Assembly (NCBI GenBank): GCA_002269645.1
Contig: NIVC01005214.1
Location: 1-20,971 of the forward strand
Reading direction: 5' to 3'
Source: Macrostomum lignano
Lineage: Eukaryota
DNA length: 20,971 nt
Shown here one piece after another: positions 1 through 11,542 of the stretch; the first letter of the stretch is position 1; each line of letters begins with the position of its first letter. The notes under the pieces were generated by a model. It worked only from the letters and a program-made list of their open reading frames with translations, had not been told where the DNA came from and did not search any database. The translations under genes and the position numbers were made by a program.

Positions 1-645
1 AAGCATGTGAAGTTTGTCTGCTTTTTTCTGTTGTTTGTGCCACTCACTCACTCATTCCCCCAGAGCCAGACGAAGGGTCAGGCGATAGGACTGAATGTAC
101 ATAGCAAATGTACAGTGTTTTGGAATAACTTTATTTATAGCCTTCTCCGCACCCCAAGAGTGGAGAGGCTACGTTTAGCCTTGACAGTTTAGTGAGAAAT
201 TCTAACCACTGCCCTCCCCTCTGTATTGGCAAACTCTGCAGCAGTTTAACAGTGGATGGCAATTGGCAAATCGAAAAAAATCCAGCATGGTTTGTAAAAG
301 CGAAAGATTTATGAAAAGGCAATGCGATGCAATGAAATACAACCCTACTAAATTAGGCACACCGCACACCATGGAAATTTTAAGTTTCTCTTAAAAGTAA
401 TCTAAAATTTAAATGGCCTCCTAAGAAATGCGTATTTCCTTGGTTGTTAGACTGATGCAGACTGCAGTGGAGCTGAAGATACACAAATTCCTTTCAGGGC
501 TGCAAATTGGCAAGAAAGATGATGTGATCAAAGCATGAGAACAACCATGAGAGTAGTACGTCCCACAAACTGGCTTTCGAAGCAGGGATCGGCAGACTTT
601 TACTTCAAAAGCCAGATAAAAAATCCAGCTTATGTGCGGGCCAGA

Positions 646-1486
646 TGAGAGTGGAAAGGAGAAGGAATACACTAATTAGTATTAGAAGAGAGGAGAGGCG
701 AGAGGGGATAAGAGAAAACATGGAAGATAAGAGGAGATGCAAGTGGTGAGGAGAGAGCAGAGAAGAAGGGAGGAAGAAGCGAGAGGAGGGGAGAAAGGAG
801 GGAGAGGAAAGAGTAAATGTAAGAAGAGGGGAGAGATGAGACAGAGGATCGATGAGAGGAAAGTAGAGAAGAGTGAGAAGAGAGTAGAGATGAGAGAGCA
901 GAAAGAAGATGACAGAGGGTCAAGAGGAGGAGAGGAGAGGAGAGAGTAGAAAGGATAGAGAAGAGAGGAGATAAGAGGGGAGAGAGGAGTGAGAAGAGAA
1001 GAGATAGAGATAAGAGAGGGGTGTAAGAAGAGGGGAGAAAAGAGAGATGAGATTGTAGAGATGAGACAGATTAAAGGAGAGATGAGAGAGTAAAGATGAG
1101 AGATGAAAAAGGTGAGAGGAGAGTGCAGAGAGACGAGAGAAGACAAGAGAGGGAGACAGTATAGAAGAGGGAAGAGAAGAGAAGAGGAGAGGAGAAAGGA
1201 GAAAGGAAAGAGAGGAGTCAGAAGAGGTGAAAGAGAAGAGTACAGAGGAGATAAGTGAGAGAACGTATAAGAGAGTAAAGATGATAGATGAGAGAGCAGA
1301 GATGAGGGTGAACAGACGAGAGATGGGAGAGTAGAGAGAACAGAGGAGAGAGAAGAGAGAAGAGATTACAGAGACTAGAGGAGAGAGGAGAGACAGGGAG
1401 AGAGAAGAGGAAATAGGAGAATGAAGAGGGGAGAGAGTAGAGAGGAGAAGAGAGATGGGAGAGGAGAGATAAGAGAGAGAGAGAGG

Positions 1487-1553
<67 letters not shown>

Positions 1554-2030
1554 GAGCATAGAGAAACGAGAAGAGATAAGAGAGAAAAGATAAAAGAATA
1601 GAAAGGAGAGATGAGAGAGTAGAGGAGAGAGTTAAGAGATGAGAGAAAAGAATAGAGAGGAGAAGGAAGAGACGAGAGAGAAGAGGGGGAGAGAGGAGAG
1701 AGGAGAGGAGGGTCAACGAGAAACGAAAACGAAAACGAAAAAGTAGAGAGGAGGGAGGAGAGGAGAGAGAAAAGAAGAGGGAATTGAGATGAGATAAGAG
1801 ATATGAAAGAGAAGAAAGATGAGGGAGGATACGAAAGAAGATGGGAGAGAGAAGAGAGGAGAGCAGAGAGAAAACAAAAAGTAGAAAGGAGAGAGGAGAG
1901 GAGAGAGAAAAGAATGGGGAAGAGATGAGGGAAGATATGAGAGAAGAGAGGAGAGAAGAGAGAGGAGAGACGAGGGACAAGAGAGAAGAAAGGAAACAGA
2001 AGAGACGATAGAAATTTTAAAGGATCCAAG
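646..2030 (+). repeat. ~1.4-kb purine-rich (GA/GGA/GAA) low-complexity tract
   Basis: The + strand is almost all G and A. The Leu/Ser-rich minus-strand ORFs 682-2147 are by-products of this composition. Confidence 0.95.
1493..1548 (+). repeat. Perfect (GA)28 microsatellite
   Basis: Uninterrupted GA run near the middle of the low-complexity tract. Confidence 0.95.
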
Positions 2031-2486
2031 GGACATAGGGAGAGTCAGGGAAAGGCCAGAGTTTGCCAATACATGTTTTAGAGTCAGACAGACATTGCCT
2101 GACATTCTGCGCAGTACCCCAGCCAACAATATCAACGTTTGCCTCAAACCCTAATTTTATACGAATGTGCTCCATTTTATGTCTACCTCTATCCTACTAA
2201 CTATTAACAAGTTTTTGTTTGTGTATGGCCTTAGATTTCAGAATACGTGTAAAAGTAGTTCCGGGTATTGGAATTCCCTGGTTCAAAATCCGCGGGTTTC
2301 AACAGCTTGTCTATACTAAAATTAAAATAGTTTGTCTGTGTTGTCTTTATTTATTTGTGAGTGTGATAATGATTCTATAATTGATTTTTAAAAAAAATAA
2401 TGTCTTGTCTAAGCCCAAAATCTAGGCTAAATAGATCCCATATAGGCCTAACTATCGGAAGTGGTTATCACTATACCATGGTCTTA

Positions 2487-2622
2487 TGTCAATAATTCCA
2501 ATTTTATCCATATAGATCCGTGTCAATAATTTCCAGCTTATCCCCATGGCATGGCAGCTTATTGAAATAGCTGCCACCATTCAAGTCTATAGGCCATGTC
2601 AATAATTTTTAGCTTATCCCCA
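2487..2622. repeat. Three short direct repeats (tgtcaataatt...agcttatcccc) with an intervening hairpin
   Basis: tgtcaataatt occurs at 2487, 2521 and 2597, and the last two continue into agcttatcccca. There is an 8-bp inverted repeat tggcagct (2552-2559) / agctgcca (2569-2576). Confidence 0.75.
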
Positions 2623-2787
2623 CAGCTAAGATTGTGCAATTGTTTGTGTTTATTTTTGTGTGGATGTTAAATTGATATTGTTATTATTATTAGTATTATT
2701 ACTCATTGACATTATTATTATTGAGTTTTAGACTTTTGAATTTTGCAAATTGCAAGTCTCATTTGCCTCAATCTTAGGGTCTGTTTA

Positions 2788-2811
2788 GGGTAAGATCTCA
2801 TCAACCGAACA
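2788..2811 (+). repeat. Left terminal inverted repeat (24 bp)
   Basis: gggtaagatctcatcaaccgaaca is the exact reverse complement of 18622-18645. It is immediately followed by a second motif, agggatcttcaaaaccgaaca (2812-2832). Confidence 0.9.
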
Positions 2812-3179
2812 AGGGATCTTCAAAACCGAACATGCAAGTGACTTTCGTTTTTACTGTCTCATTGGAAATATATTTAAAGAGTCTATAAAAGTGCCATATC
2901 ATTTGAAAGAAAACATTCTCATCTACAAAATGAGATAAAGTTTAGACAATCTACTCAATAGATACTCGAGAAAATGAGCATTATTGATAGAAATTATTAA
3001 AGAAATACGCGTTTCAGAGTTTTTTCTTGATTTGGGATGTCTGCAGAAGAATTAATCTACAGACCACAATTTTTAACTTACATTCAAAACAAAATACTTT
3101 TTGAATTCAGTGTTAAATTTTCTACAAAGTAATATAACACACATACCAATCTGATGTATAGTTAAGCAAAAAATTCTAG

Positions 3180-3268
3180 TGTTCGGTTGATGATACCAAA
3201 TTACATGTTCGGTTCGGTTTTCAGATTTCAGAATCATCAACCGAACAGAAGAATCTTCAAAACCGAAC
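3180..3268. repeat. Left internal cluster of TIR-derived CCGAAC motifs (candidate transposase-binding repeats)
   Basis: tgttcggttgatga (3180-3193) and tgttcggttcggtttt (3206) are inverted. tcatcaaccgaacagaagaatcttcaaaaccgaac (3234-3268) nearly copies the terminal doublet 2798-2831. Confidence 0.8.
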
Positions 3269-3912
3269 GAACAAAAATTGTCCAAAAAAACTTATTTCTC
3301 GCTTGATTCTTCTACCTTACATTGAATAAGATCTTTTTTTAAAAGAACAACTCATTTAAGCCACGTAATTGCAAATATTTTTTGCTTAAAAATGTACCAA
3401 TTTTAATGCAAAATACATAGGAGGATTTTTCCATTTTGACAAAATATTCCTATTAAATGCTTTTATTTCTACTAACAGTAGCTAAAAGCGACATATAATT
3501 CCATATACATTTTCTTTTAAGAATTCTGCAACATAGAAAAGAAGATCGAATCAACAAGACAGGCCAAGATAGGCGCGGCCTACTAGGCCTAATGGTTGCC
3601 GCTTTACTGTATAATTGAAGAGTAAAAGGCCTAGTAAACGTCTAATTTAATTTAATTGTAAATAAGTACAATTACGAGTATTGTAACTGTAAGTAATACG
3701 AGCAAAGCCAAAGGCACAATATAAAATTTAATAATATGACTACAATAATATACATTTAGTAAAACCCTTATTAGAAAAGAAACAGATATATGCTAGGCTA
3801 TAGGCCTAGGCCCTATCAGAACGGGGAAATTTCAAAGATCTGACAAATTATATGATGGTAGGACGGAGAACTATACAAGGCGGTGAAGAGTCGCCTACTC
3901 CCAGATATATTA

Positions 3913-6900
3913 ATAGACAAATGCAGAGAGGCGCCCTTAATACATGTAGATTGATGGACAGAAGCAGTTAGAGAGGCGCCCTTCATACATGTAGATTGAT
4001 GGACAGAAGCAGTTAGAGAGGCGCCCTTCATACATGTAGATTGATGGACAGAAACAGTTAGAGAGGCGCCCTTCATACATGTAGATTGATGGACAGAAGC
4101 AGTTAGAGAGCGCCCTTGATCCAAGTAGATTGATAGACAGAAGCAGTTAGAGAGGCGCCATTCATACATGTAGATTGATAGACAGAAGCAGTTAGAGAGG
4201 CGCCCTTCATACATGTAGATTGATAGACAGAAGCAGTTAGAGAGGCGCCCTTCATACATGTAGATTGATAGACAGAAGCAGTTAGAGAGGCGCCCTTCAT
4301 ACATGTAGATTGATAGACAGAAGCAGTTAGAGAGGCGCCCTTCATACATGTAGATTGATGGAAAGAATTCGCAGTTAGAGAGGCGCCCTTCATACAAGTA
4401 GATTGATGGACAGAATTCGCAGTTAGAGAGGCGCCATTCATACATGTAGATTGATGGACAGAAGCAGTTAGAGAGGCGCCCTTCATACATGTAGATTGAT
4501 GGACAGAAGCAGTTAGAGAGGCGCCCTTCATACATGTAGATTGATAGACAGAAGCAGTTAGAGAGGCGCCCTTCATACATGTAGATTGATAGACAGAAGC
4601 AGTTAGAGAGGCGCCATTCATACATGTAGATTGATAGACAGAAGCAGTTAGAGAAGCGCCCTTCATACAAGTAGATTGATGGACAGAATTCGCAGTTAGA
4701 GAGGCGCCATTCATACATGTAGATTGATGGACAGAATTCGCAGTTAGAGAGGCGCCCTTCATACATGTAGATTGATGGACAGAAGCAGTTAGAGAGGCGC
4801 CCTTCATACATGTAGATTGATGCAGGACAGAAGCAGTTAGAGAGGCGCCCTTCATACAAGTAGATTGATGGACAGAAGCAGTTAGAGAGGCGCCCTTCAT
4901 ACATGTAGATTGATGGACGGAAGCAGTTAGAGAGGCGCCCTTCATACATGTAGATTGATGGACGGAAGCAGTTAGAGAGGCGCCCTTGATCCAAGTAGAT
5001 TGATAGACAGAAGCAGTTAGAGAGGCGCCCTTCATACATGTAGATTGATGGACAGAAGCAGTTAGAGAGGCGCCCTTCATACATGTAGATTGATAGACAG
5101 AAGCAGTTAGAGAGGCGCCCTTCATACATGTAGATTGATGGACAGAATTCGCAGTTAGAGAGGCGCCCTTCATACATGTAGATTGATAGACAGAAGCAGT
5201 TAGAGAGGCGCCCTTCATACATGTAGATTGATGGACAGAAGCAGTTAGAGAGGCGCCCTTGATCCAAGTAGATTGATAGACAGAAGCAGTTAGAGAGGCG
5301 CCCTTGATCCAAGTAGATTGATAGACAGAAGCAGTTAGAGAGGCGCCCTTCATACATGTAGATTGATGGACAGAAGCAGTTAGAGAGCGCCCTTGATCCA
5401 AGTAGATTGATAGACAGAAGCAGTTAGAGAGGCGCCATTCATACATGTAGATTGATAGACAGAAGCAGTTAGAGAGGCGCCTTCATACAAGTAGATTGAT
5501 GGACAGAATTCGCAGTTAGAGAGGCGCCCTTCATACATGTAGATTGATGGACAGAAGCAGTTAGAGAGGCGCCCTTGATCCAAGTAGATTGATAGACAGA
5601 AGCAGTTAGAGAGGCGCCCTTGATCCAAGTAGATTGATAGACAGAAGCAGTTAGAGAGGCGCCCTTGATCCAAGTAGATTGATAGACAGAAGCAGTTAGA
5701 GAGGCGCCCTTCATACATGTAGATTGATGGACAGAAGCAGTTAGAGAGGCGCCCTTCATACATGTAGATTGATGGACAGAAGCAGTTAGAGAGGCGCCCT
5801 TGATCCAAGTAGATTGATAGACAGAAGCAGTTAGAGAGGCGCCCTTGATCCAAGTAGATTGATAGACAGAAGCAGTTAGAGAGGCGCCCTTGATCCAAGT
5901 AGATTGATAGACAGAAGCAGTTAGAGAGGCGCCCTTCATACATGTAGATTGATGGACAGAAGCAGTTAGAGAGGCGCCCTTCATACATGTAGATTGATGG
6001 ACAGAAGCAGTTAGAGAGGCGCCCTTCATACATGTAGATTGATGGACAGAAGCAGTTAGAGAGGCGCCTTCATACATGTAGATTGATGGACAGAAGCAGT
6101 TAGAGAGGCGCCCTTCATACATGTAGATTGATGGACAGAAGCAGTTAGAGAGGCGCCCTTCATACATGTAGATTGATGGACAGAAGCAGTTAGAGAGGCG
6201 CCCTTCATACATGTAGATTGATAGACAGAAGCAGTTAGAGAGGCGCCCTTGATCCAAGTAGATTGATAGACAGAAGCAGTTAGAGAGGCGCCCTTGATCC
6301 AAGTAGATTGATAGACAGAAGCAGTTAGAGAGGCGCCCTTCATACAAGTAGATTGATGGACAGAAGCAGTTAGAGAGGCGCCCTTCATACATGTAGATTG
6401 ATGGACAGAAGCAGTTAGAGAGGCGCCCTTGATCCAAGTAGATTGATAGACAGAAGCAGTTAGAGAGGCGCCCTTGATCAAGTAGATTGATAGACAGAAG
6501 CAGTTAGAGAGGCGCCCTTCATACATGTAGATTGATGGACAGAAGCAGTTAGAGAGGCGCCCTTCATACATGTAGATTGATGGACAGAAGCAGTTAGAGA
6601 GGCGCCCTTCATACATGTAGATTGATGGACAGAAGCAGTTAGAGAGGCGCCCTTCATACATGTAGATTGATGGACAGAAGCAGTTAGAGAGGCGCCCTTC
6701 ATACATGTAGATTGATGGACAGAAGCAGTTAGAGAGGCGCCCTTGATCCAAGTAGATTGATAGACAGAAGCAGTTAGAGAGGCGCCCTTCATACATGTAG
6801 ATTGATAGACAGAAGCAGTTAGAGAGGCGCCCTTCATACATGTAGATTGATAGACAGAAGCAGTTAGAGAGGCGCCCTTCATACATGTAGATTGATAGAC

Positions 6901-9900
6901 AGAAGCAGTTAGAGAGGCGCCCTTCATACATGTAGATTGATAGACAGAAGCAGTTAGAGAGGCGCCCTTCATACATGTAGATTGATGGAAGAAGCAGTTA
7001 GAGAGGCGCCCTTCATACAAGTAGATTGATGGACAGAAGCAGTTAGAGAGGCGCCATTCATACATGTAGATTGATGGACAGAAGCAGTTAGAGAGGCGCC
7101 CTTCATACATGTAGATTGATGGACAGAAGCAGTTAGAGAGGCGCCCTTCATACATGTAGATTGATAGACAGAAGCAGTTAGAGAGGCGCCCTTCATACAT
7201 GTAGATTGATAGACAGAAGCAGTTAGAGAGGCGCCATTCATACATGTAGATTGATAGACAGAAGCAGTTAGAGAGGCGCCCTTCATACAAGTAGATTGAT
7301 GGACAGAAGCAGTTAGAGAGGCGCCATTCATACATGTAGATTGATGGACAGAAGCAGTTAGAGAGGCGCCCTTCATACATGTAGATTGATGGACAGAAGC
7401 AGTTAGAGAGGCGCCCTTCATACATGTAGATTGATGGACAGAAGCAGTTAGAGAGGCGCCCTTCATACAAGTAGATTGATGGACAGAAGCAGTTAGAGAG
7501 GCGCCCTTCATACATGTAGATTGATGGACGAAGCAGTTAGAGAGGCGCCCTTCATACATGTAGATTGATGGACAGAAGCAGTTAGAGAGGCGCCCTTGAT
7601 CCAAGTAGATTGATAGACAGAAGCAGTTAGAGAGGCGCCCTTCATACATGTAGATTGATGGACAGAAGCAGTTAGAGAGGCGCCCTTCATACATGTAGAT
7701 TGATAGACAGAAGCAGTTAGAGAGGCGCCCTTCATACATGTAGATTGATGGACAGAAGCAGTTAGAGAGGCGCCCTTCATACATGTAGATTGATAGACAG
7801 AAGCAGTTAGAGAGGCGCCCTTCATACATGTAGATTGATGGACAGAAGCAGTTAGAGAGGCGCCCTTGATCAAGTAGATTGATAGACAGAAGCAGTTAGA
7901 GAGGCGCCCTTGATCCAAGTAGATTGATAGACAGAAGCAGTTAGAGAGGCGCCCTTCATACATGTAGATTGATGGACAGAAGCAGTTAGAGAGCGCCCTT
8001 GATCCAAGTAGATTGATAGACAGAAGCAGTTAGAGAGGCGCCCTTCATACATGTAGATTGATAGACAGAAGCAGTTAGAGAGGCGCCTTCATACAAGTAG
8101 ATTGATGGACAGAAGCAGTTAGAGAGGCGCCCTTCATACATGTAGATTGATGGACAGAAGCAGTTAGAGAGGCGCCCTTGATCCAAGTAGATTGATAGAC
8201 AGAAGCAGTTAGAGAGGCGCCCTTGATCCAAGTAGATTGATAGACAGAAGCAGTTAGAGAGGCGCCCTTGATCCAAGTAGATTGATAGACAGAAGCAGTT
8301 AGAGAGGCGCCCTTCATACATGTAGATTGATGGACAGATGCAGTTAGAGAGGCGCCCTTCATACATGTAGATTGATGGACAGAAGCAGTTAGAGAGGCGC
8401 CCTTGATCCAAGTAGATTGATAGACAGAAGCAGTTAGAGAGGCGCCCTTGATCCAAGTAGATTGATAGACAGAAGCAGTTAGAGAGGCGCCCTTGATCCA
8501 AGTAGATTGATAGACAGAAGCAGTTAGAGAGGCGCCCTTCATACATGTAGATTGATGGACAGAAGCAGTTAGAGAGGCGCCCTTCATACATGTAGATTGA
8601 TGGACAGAAGCAGTTAGAGAGGCGCCCTTCATACATGTAGATTGATGGACAGAAGCAGTTAGAGAGGCGCCTTCATACATGTAGATTGATGGACAGAAGC
8701 AGTTAGAGAGGCGCCCTTCATACATGTAGATTGATGGACAGAAGCAGTTAGAGAGGCGCCCTTCATACATGTAGATTGATGGACAGAAGCAGTTAGAGAG
8801 GCGCCCTTCATACATGTAGATTGATAGACAGAAGCAGTTAGAGAGGCGCCCTTGATCCAAGTAGATTGATAGACAGAAGCAGTTAGAGAGGCGCCCTTGA
8901 TCCAAGTAGATTGATAGACAGAAGCAGTTAGAGAGGCGCCCTTCATACAAGTAGATTGATGGACAGAATTCGCAGTTAGAGAGGCGCCCTTCATACATGT
9001 AGATTGATGGACAGAAGCAGTTAGAGAGGCGCCCTTGATCCAAGTAGATTGATAGACAGAAGCAGTTAGAGAGGCGCCCTTGATCCAAGTAGATTGATAG
9101 ACAGAAGCAGTTAGAGAGGCGCCCTTCATACATGTAGATTGATGGACAGAAGCAGTTAGAGAGGCGCCCTTCATACATGTAGATTGATGGACAGAAGCAG
9201 TTAGAGAGGCGCCCTTCATACATGTAGATTGATGGACAGAAGCAGTTAGAGAGGCGCCTTTCATACATGTAGATTGATGGACAGAAGCAGTTAGAGAGGC
9301 GCCCTTGATCCAAGTAGATTGATAGACAGAAGCAGTTAGAGAGGCGCCCTTGATCCAAGTAGATTGATAGACAGAAGCAGTTAGAGAGGCGCCCTTCATA
9401 CATGTAGATTGATAGACAGAAGCAGTTAGAGAGGCGCCCTTGATCAAGTAGATTGATAGACAGAAGCAGTTAGAGAGGCGCCCTTGATCCAAGTAGATTG
9501 ATAGACAGAAGCAGTTAGAGAGGCGCCCTTCATACAAGTAGATTGATGGACAGAAGCAGTTAGAGAGGCGCCCTTCATACATGTAGATTGATGGACAGAA
9601 GCAGTTAGAGAGGCGCCCTTCATACATGTAGATTGATGGACAGAAGCAGTTAGAGAGGCGCCCTTCATACATGTAGATTGATAGACAGAAGCAGTTAGAG
9701 AGGCGCCCTTCATACATGTAGATTGATAGACAGAAGCAGTTAGAGAGGCGCCCTTGATCCAAGTAGATTGATAGACAGAAGCAGTTAGAGAGGCGCCCTT
9801 GATCCAAGTAGATTGATAGACAGAAGCAGTTAGAGAGGCGCCCTTCATACAAGTAGATTGATGGACAGAATTCGCAGTTAGAGAGGCGCCCTTCATACAT

Positions 9901-10820
9901 GTAGATTGATGGACAGAAGCAGTTAGAGAGGCGCCCTTGATCCAAGTAGATTGATAGACAGAAGCAGTTAGAGAGGCGCCCTTGATCCAAGTAGATTGAT
10001 AGACAGAAGCAGTTAGAGAGGCGCCCTTCATACATGTAGATTGATGGACAGAAGCAGTTAGAGAGGCGCCCTTGATCCAAGTAGATTGATAGACAGAAGC
10101 AGTTAGAGAGGCGCCCTTGATCCAAGTAGATTGATAGACAGAAGCAGTTAGAGAGGCGCCCTTCATACATGTAGATTGATGGACAGAATTCGCAGTTAGA
10201 GAGGCGCCCTTCATACATGTAGATTGATGGACAGAAGCAGTTAGAGAGGCGCCCTTGATCCAAGTAGATTGATAGACAGAAGCAGTTAGAGAGGCGCCCT
10301 TGATCCAAGTAGATTGATAGACAGAAGCAGTTAGAGAGGCGCCCTTGATCCAAGTAGATTGATAGACAGAAGCAGTTAGAGAGGCGCCCTTCATACATGT
10401 AGATTGATGGACAGATGCAGTTAGAGAGGCGCCCTTCATACATGTAGATTGATGGACAGAAGCAGTTAGAGAGGCGCCCTTGATCCAAGTAGATTGATAG
10501 ACAGAAGCAGTTAGAGAGGCGCCCTTGATCCAAGTAGATTGATAGACAGAAGCAGTTAGAGAGGCACCCTTGATCCAAGTAGATTGATAGACAGAAGCAG
10601 TTAGAGAGGCGCCCTTGATCCAAGTAGATTGATAGACAGAAGCAGTTAGAGAGGCACCCTTGATCCAAGTAGATTGATAGACAGAAGCAGTTAGAGAGGC
10701 ACCCTTGATCCAAGTAGATTGATAGACAGAAGCAGTTAGAGAGGCGCCCTTGATCCAAGTAGATTGATAGACAGAAGCAGTTAGAGAGGCACCCTTGATC
10801 CAAGTAGATTGATAGACAGA
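3913..10820. repeat. 45-bp tandem satellite, ~153 copies, two main monomer types
   Basis: The unit is gaagcagttagagaggcgccctt(catacat/gatccaa)gtagattgat(g/a)gaca. The 15-aa periodicity in the ORF track confirms the 45-nt period. Confidence 0.98.
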
Positions 10821-11265
10821 CTCCCTGTAAGCCTGTTTTTTGAAAATTGAATGGAAAATAGGTTTGATATTATTGTAAAAGTTTAATGTACTTTACCTTA
10901 AAAGCTGGTTGTCAATTGATAGGCGTTACTCAAGAGCTTTACTACAGCTAGATATATTTCCAAAATGGCCTAAATGATAACAAGACTTGGATAAATACTC
11001 AGGGCCTAGCCTTCTTAGAGCTAGCCTATGCCTAGTTTTAAAGCTGGCCTGTAGTGAGGAAATACTAGGCCTACCAATGTAAGAGTCAGCCTACTTGAGC
11101 TGTGGGATTTCAAACCAGCCAATAGGAACCAGACCGCGAATTTTTACTCTTGGATGACTAACGCGAATTCTCACATTCACATGCCACAGCCAGGCTCCAT
11201 ATCCTTATTTTTGCGCAGAACTAGGACCATTGCGCGTACGTCGGCCTAGGCCTCATCAATACAAC

Positions 11266-11542
11266 CAGTGGCGGCGCCAAGTTGGGGGGCAGAGAGGGCT
11301 GCTGCCCCCGGGTGACCACCCTCCTAAGACCACCCTACCATCCTTCCGTGGGGTGACCCACCATTAGTTTTTTAGCGCTCGTTGTATGCGTTTTTGTGAG
11401 ATTATAGCGTATACTCTAATTTTAAAAATTCGCTGAGGGAGGGGTTTGAAAACCCAACCACCGCCCCTCCCCCCTTAATCCACAGAATTTACCTTAATCA
11501 GCATCGCCGCCACTGCGCACCGCCAAGGCTGCACCGCCACTA
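11266..11542. mobile_element. hAT-type MITE (277 bp) with 8-bp TSD
   Basis: The left end is cagtggcggcgc and the outer right end is gcaccgccacta (10/12 inverted match). The flanks aatacaac (11258-11265) and aatagaac (11543-11550) match 7/8. A perfect 11-bp inner TIR copy lies at 11505-11515. Confidence 0.8.

Larger units (their letters stand above)
583..2075. mobile_element. Non-autonomous hAT/Charlie-like (MER58-like) MITE with internal GA-rich expansion
   Basis: The left end cagggatcggcagacttt...aaaagccagataaaaaatccagcttatgtgcgggcca and the right end ggccagagtttgccaatacatg resemble, from memory, Charlie/MER58-type ends (CAGGGGTCGGCAAACTTT...GGGCCAGATA...TGCGGGCCA / GGCCGTAGTTTGCCGACCCCTG). 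The terminal 16 bp match at 12/16 as inverted repeats. The 8-bp flanks tttcgaag / ttttagag match only 5/8, so the TSD is degenerate. Confidence 0.6.

Noticed and set aside
672-2147. Leu/Ser-rich minus-strand ORFs up to 369 aa, and the Arg/Glu-rich plus-strand ORF 737-949
   Set aside because: They are translations of a CT/GA low-complexity tract that rarely contains stops. No domain signal.
2258-2310. Possible hAT-like right terminus (cgcgggtttcaacagcttg)
   Set aside because: No partner end or TSD found in the window.
3073-3285. 70-aa minus-strand ORF
   Set aside because: It lies across the sub-terminal repeat cluster in AT-rich sequence and shows no transposase motifs.
3816-10803. Many long overlapping ORFs (up to 714 aa) read as a repeat-protein gene
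   Set aside because: They arise from a 45-nt unit with two stop-free frames, are broken by recurrent 1-nt deletions, and have no unique N- or C-terminal coding context.
3913-10820. CRISPR-like array
   Set aside because: There are no unique spacers. The units are head-to-tail with two recurring variants, there are no cas genes, and the context is eukaryotic.
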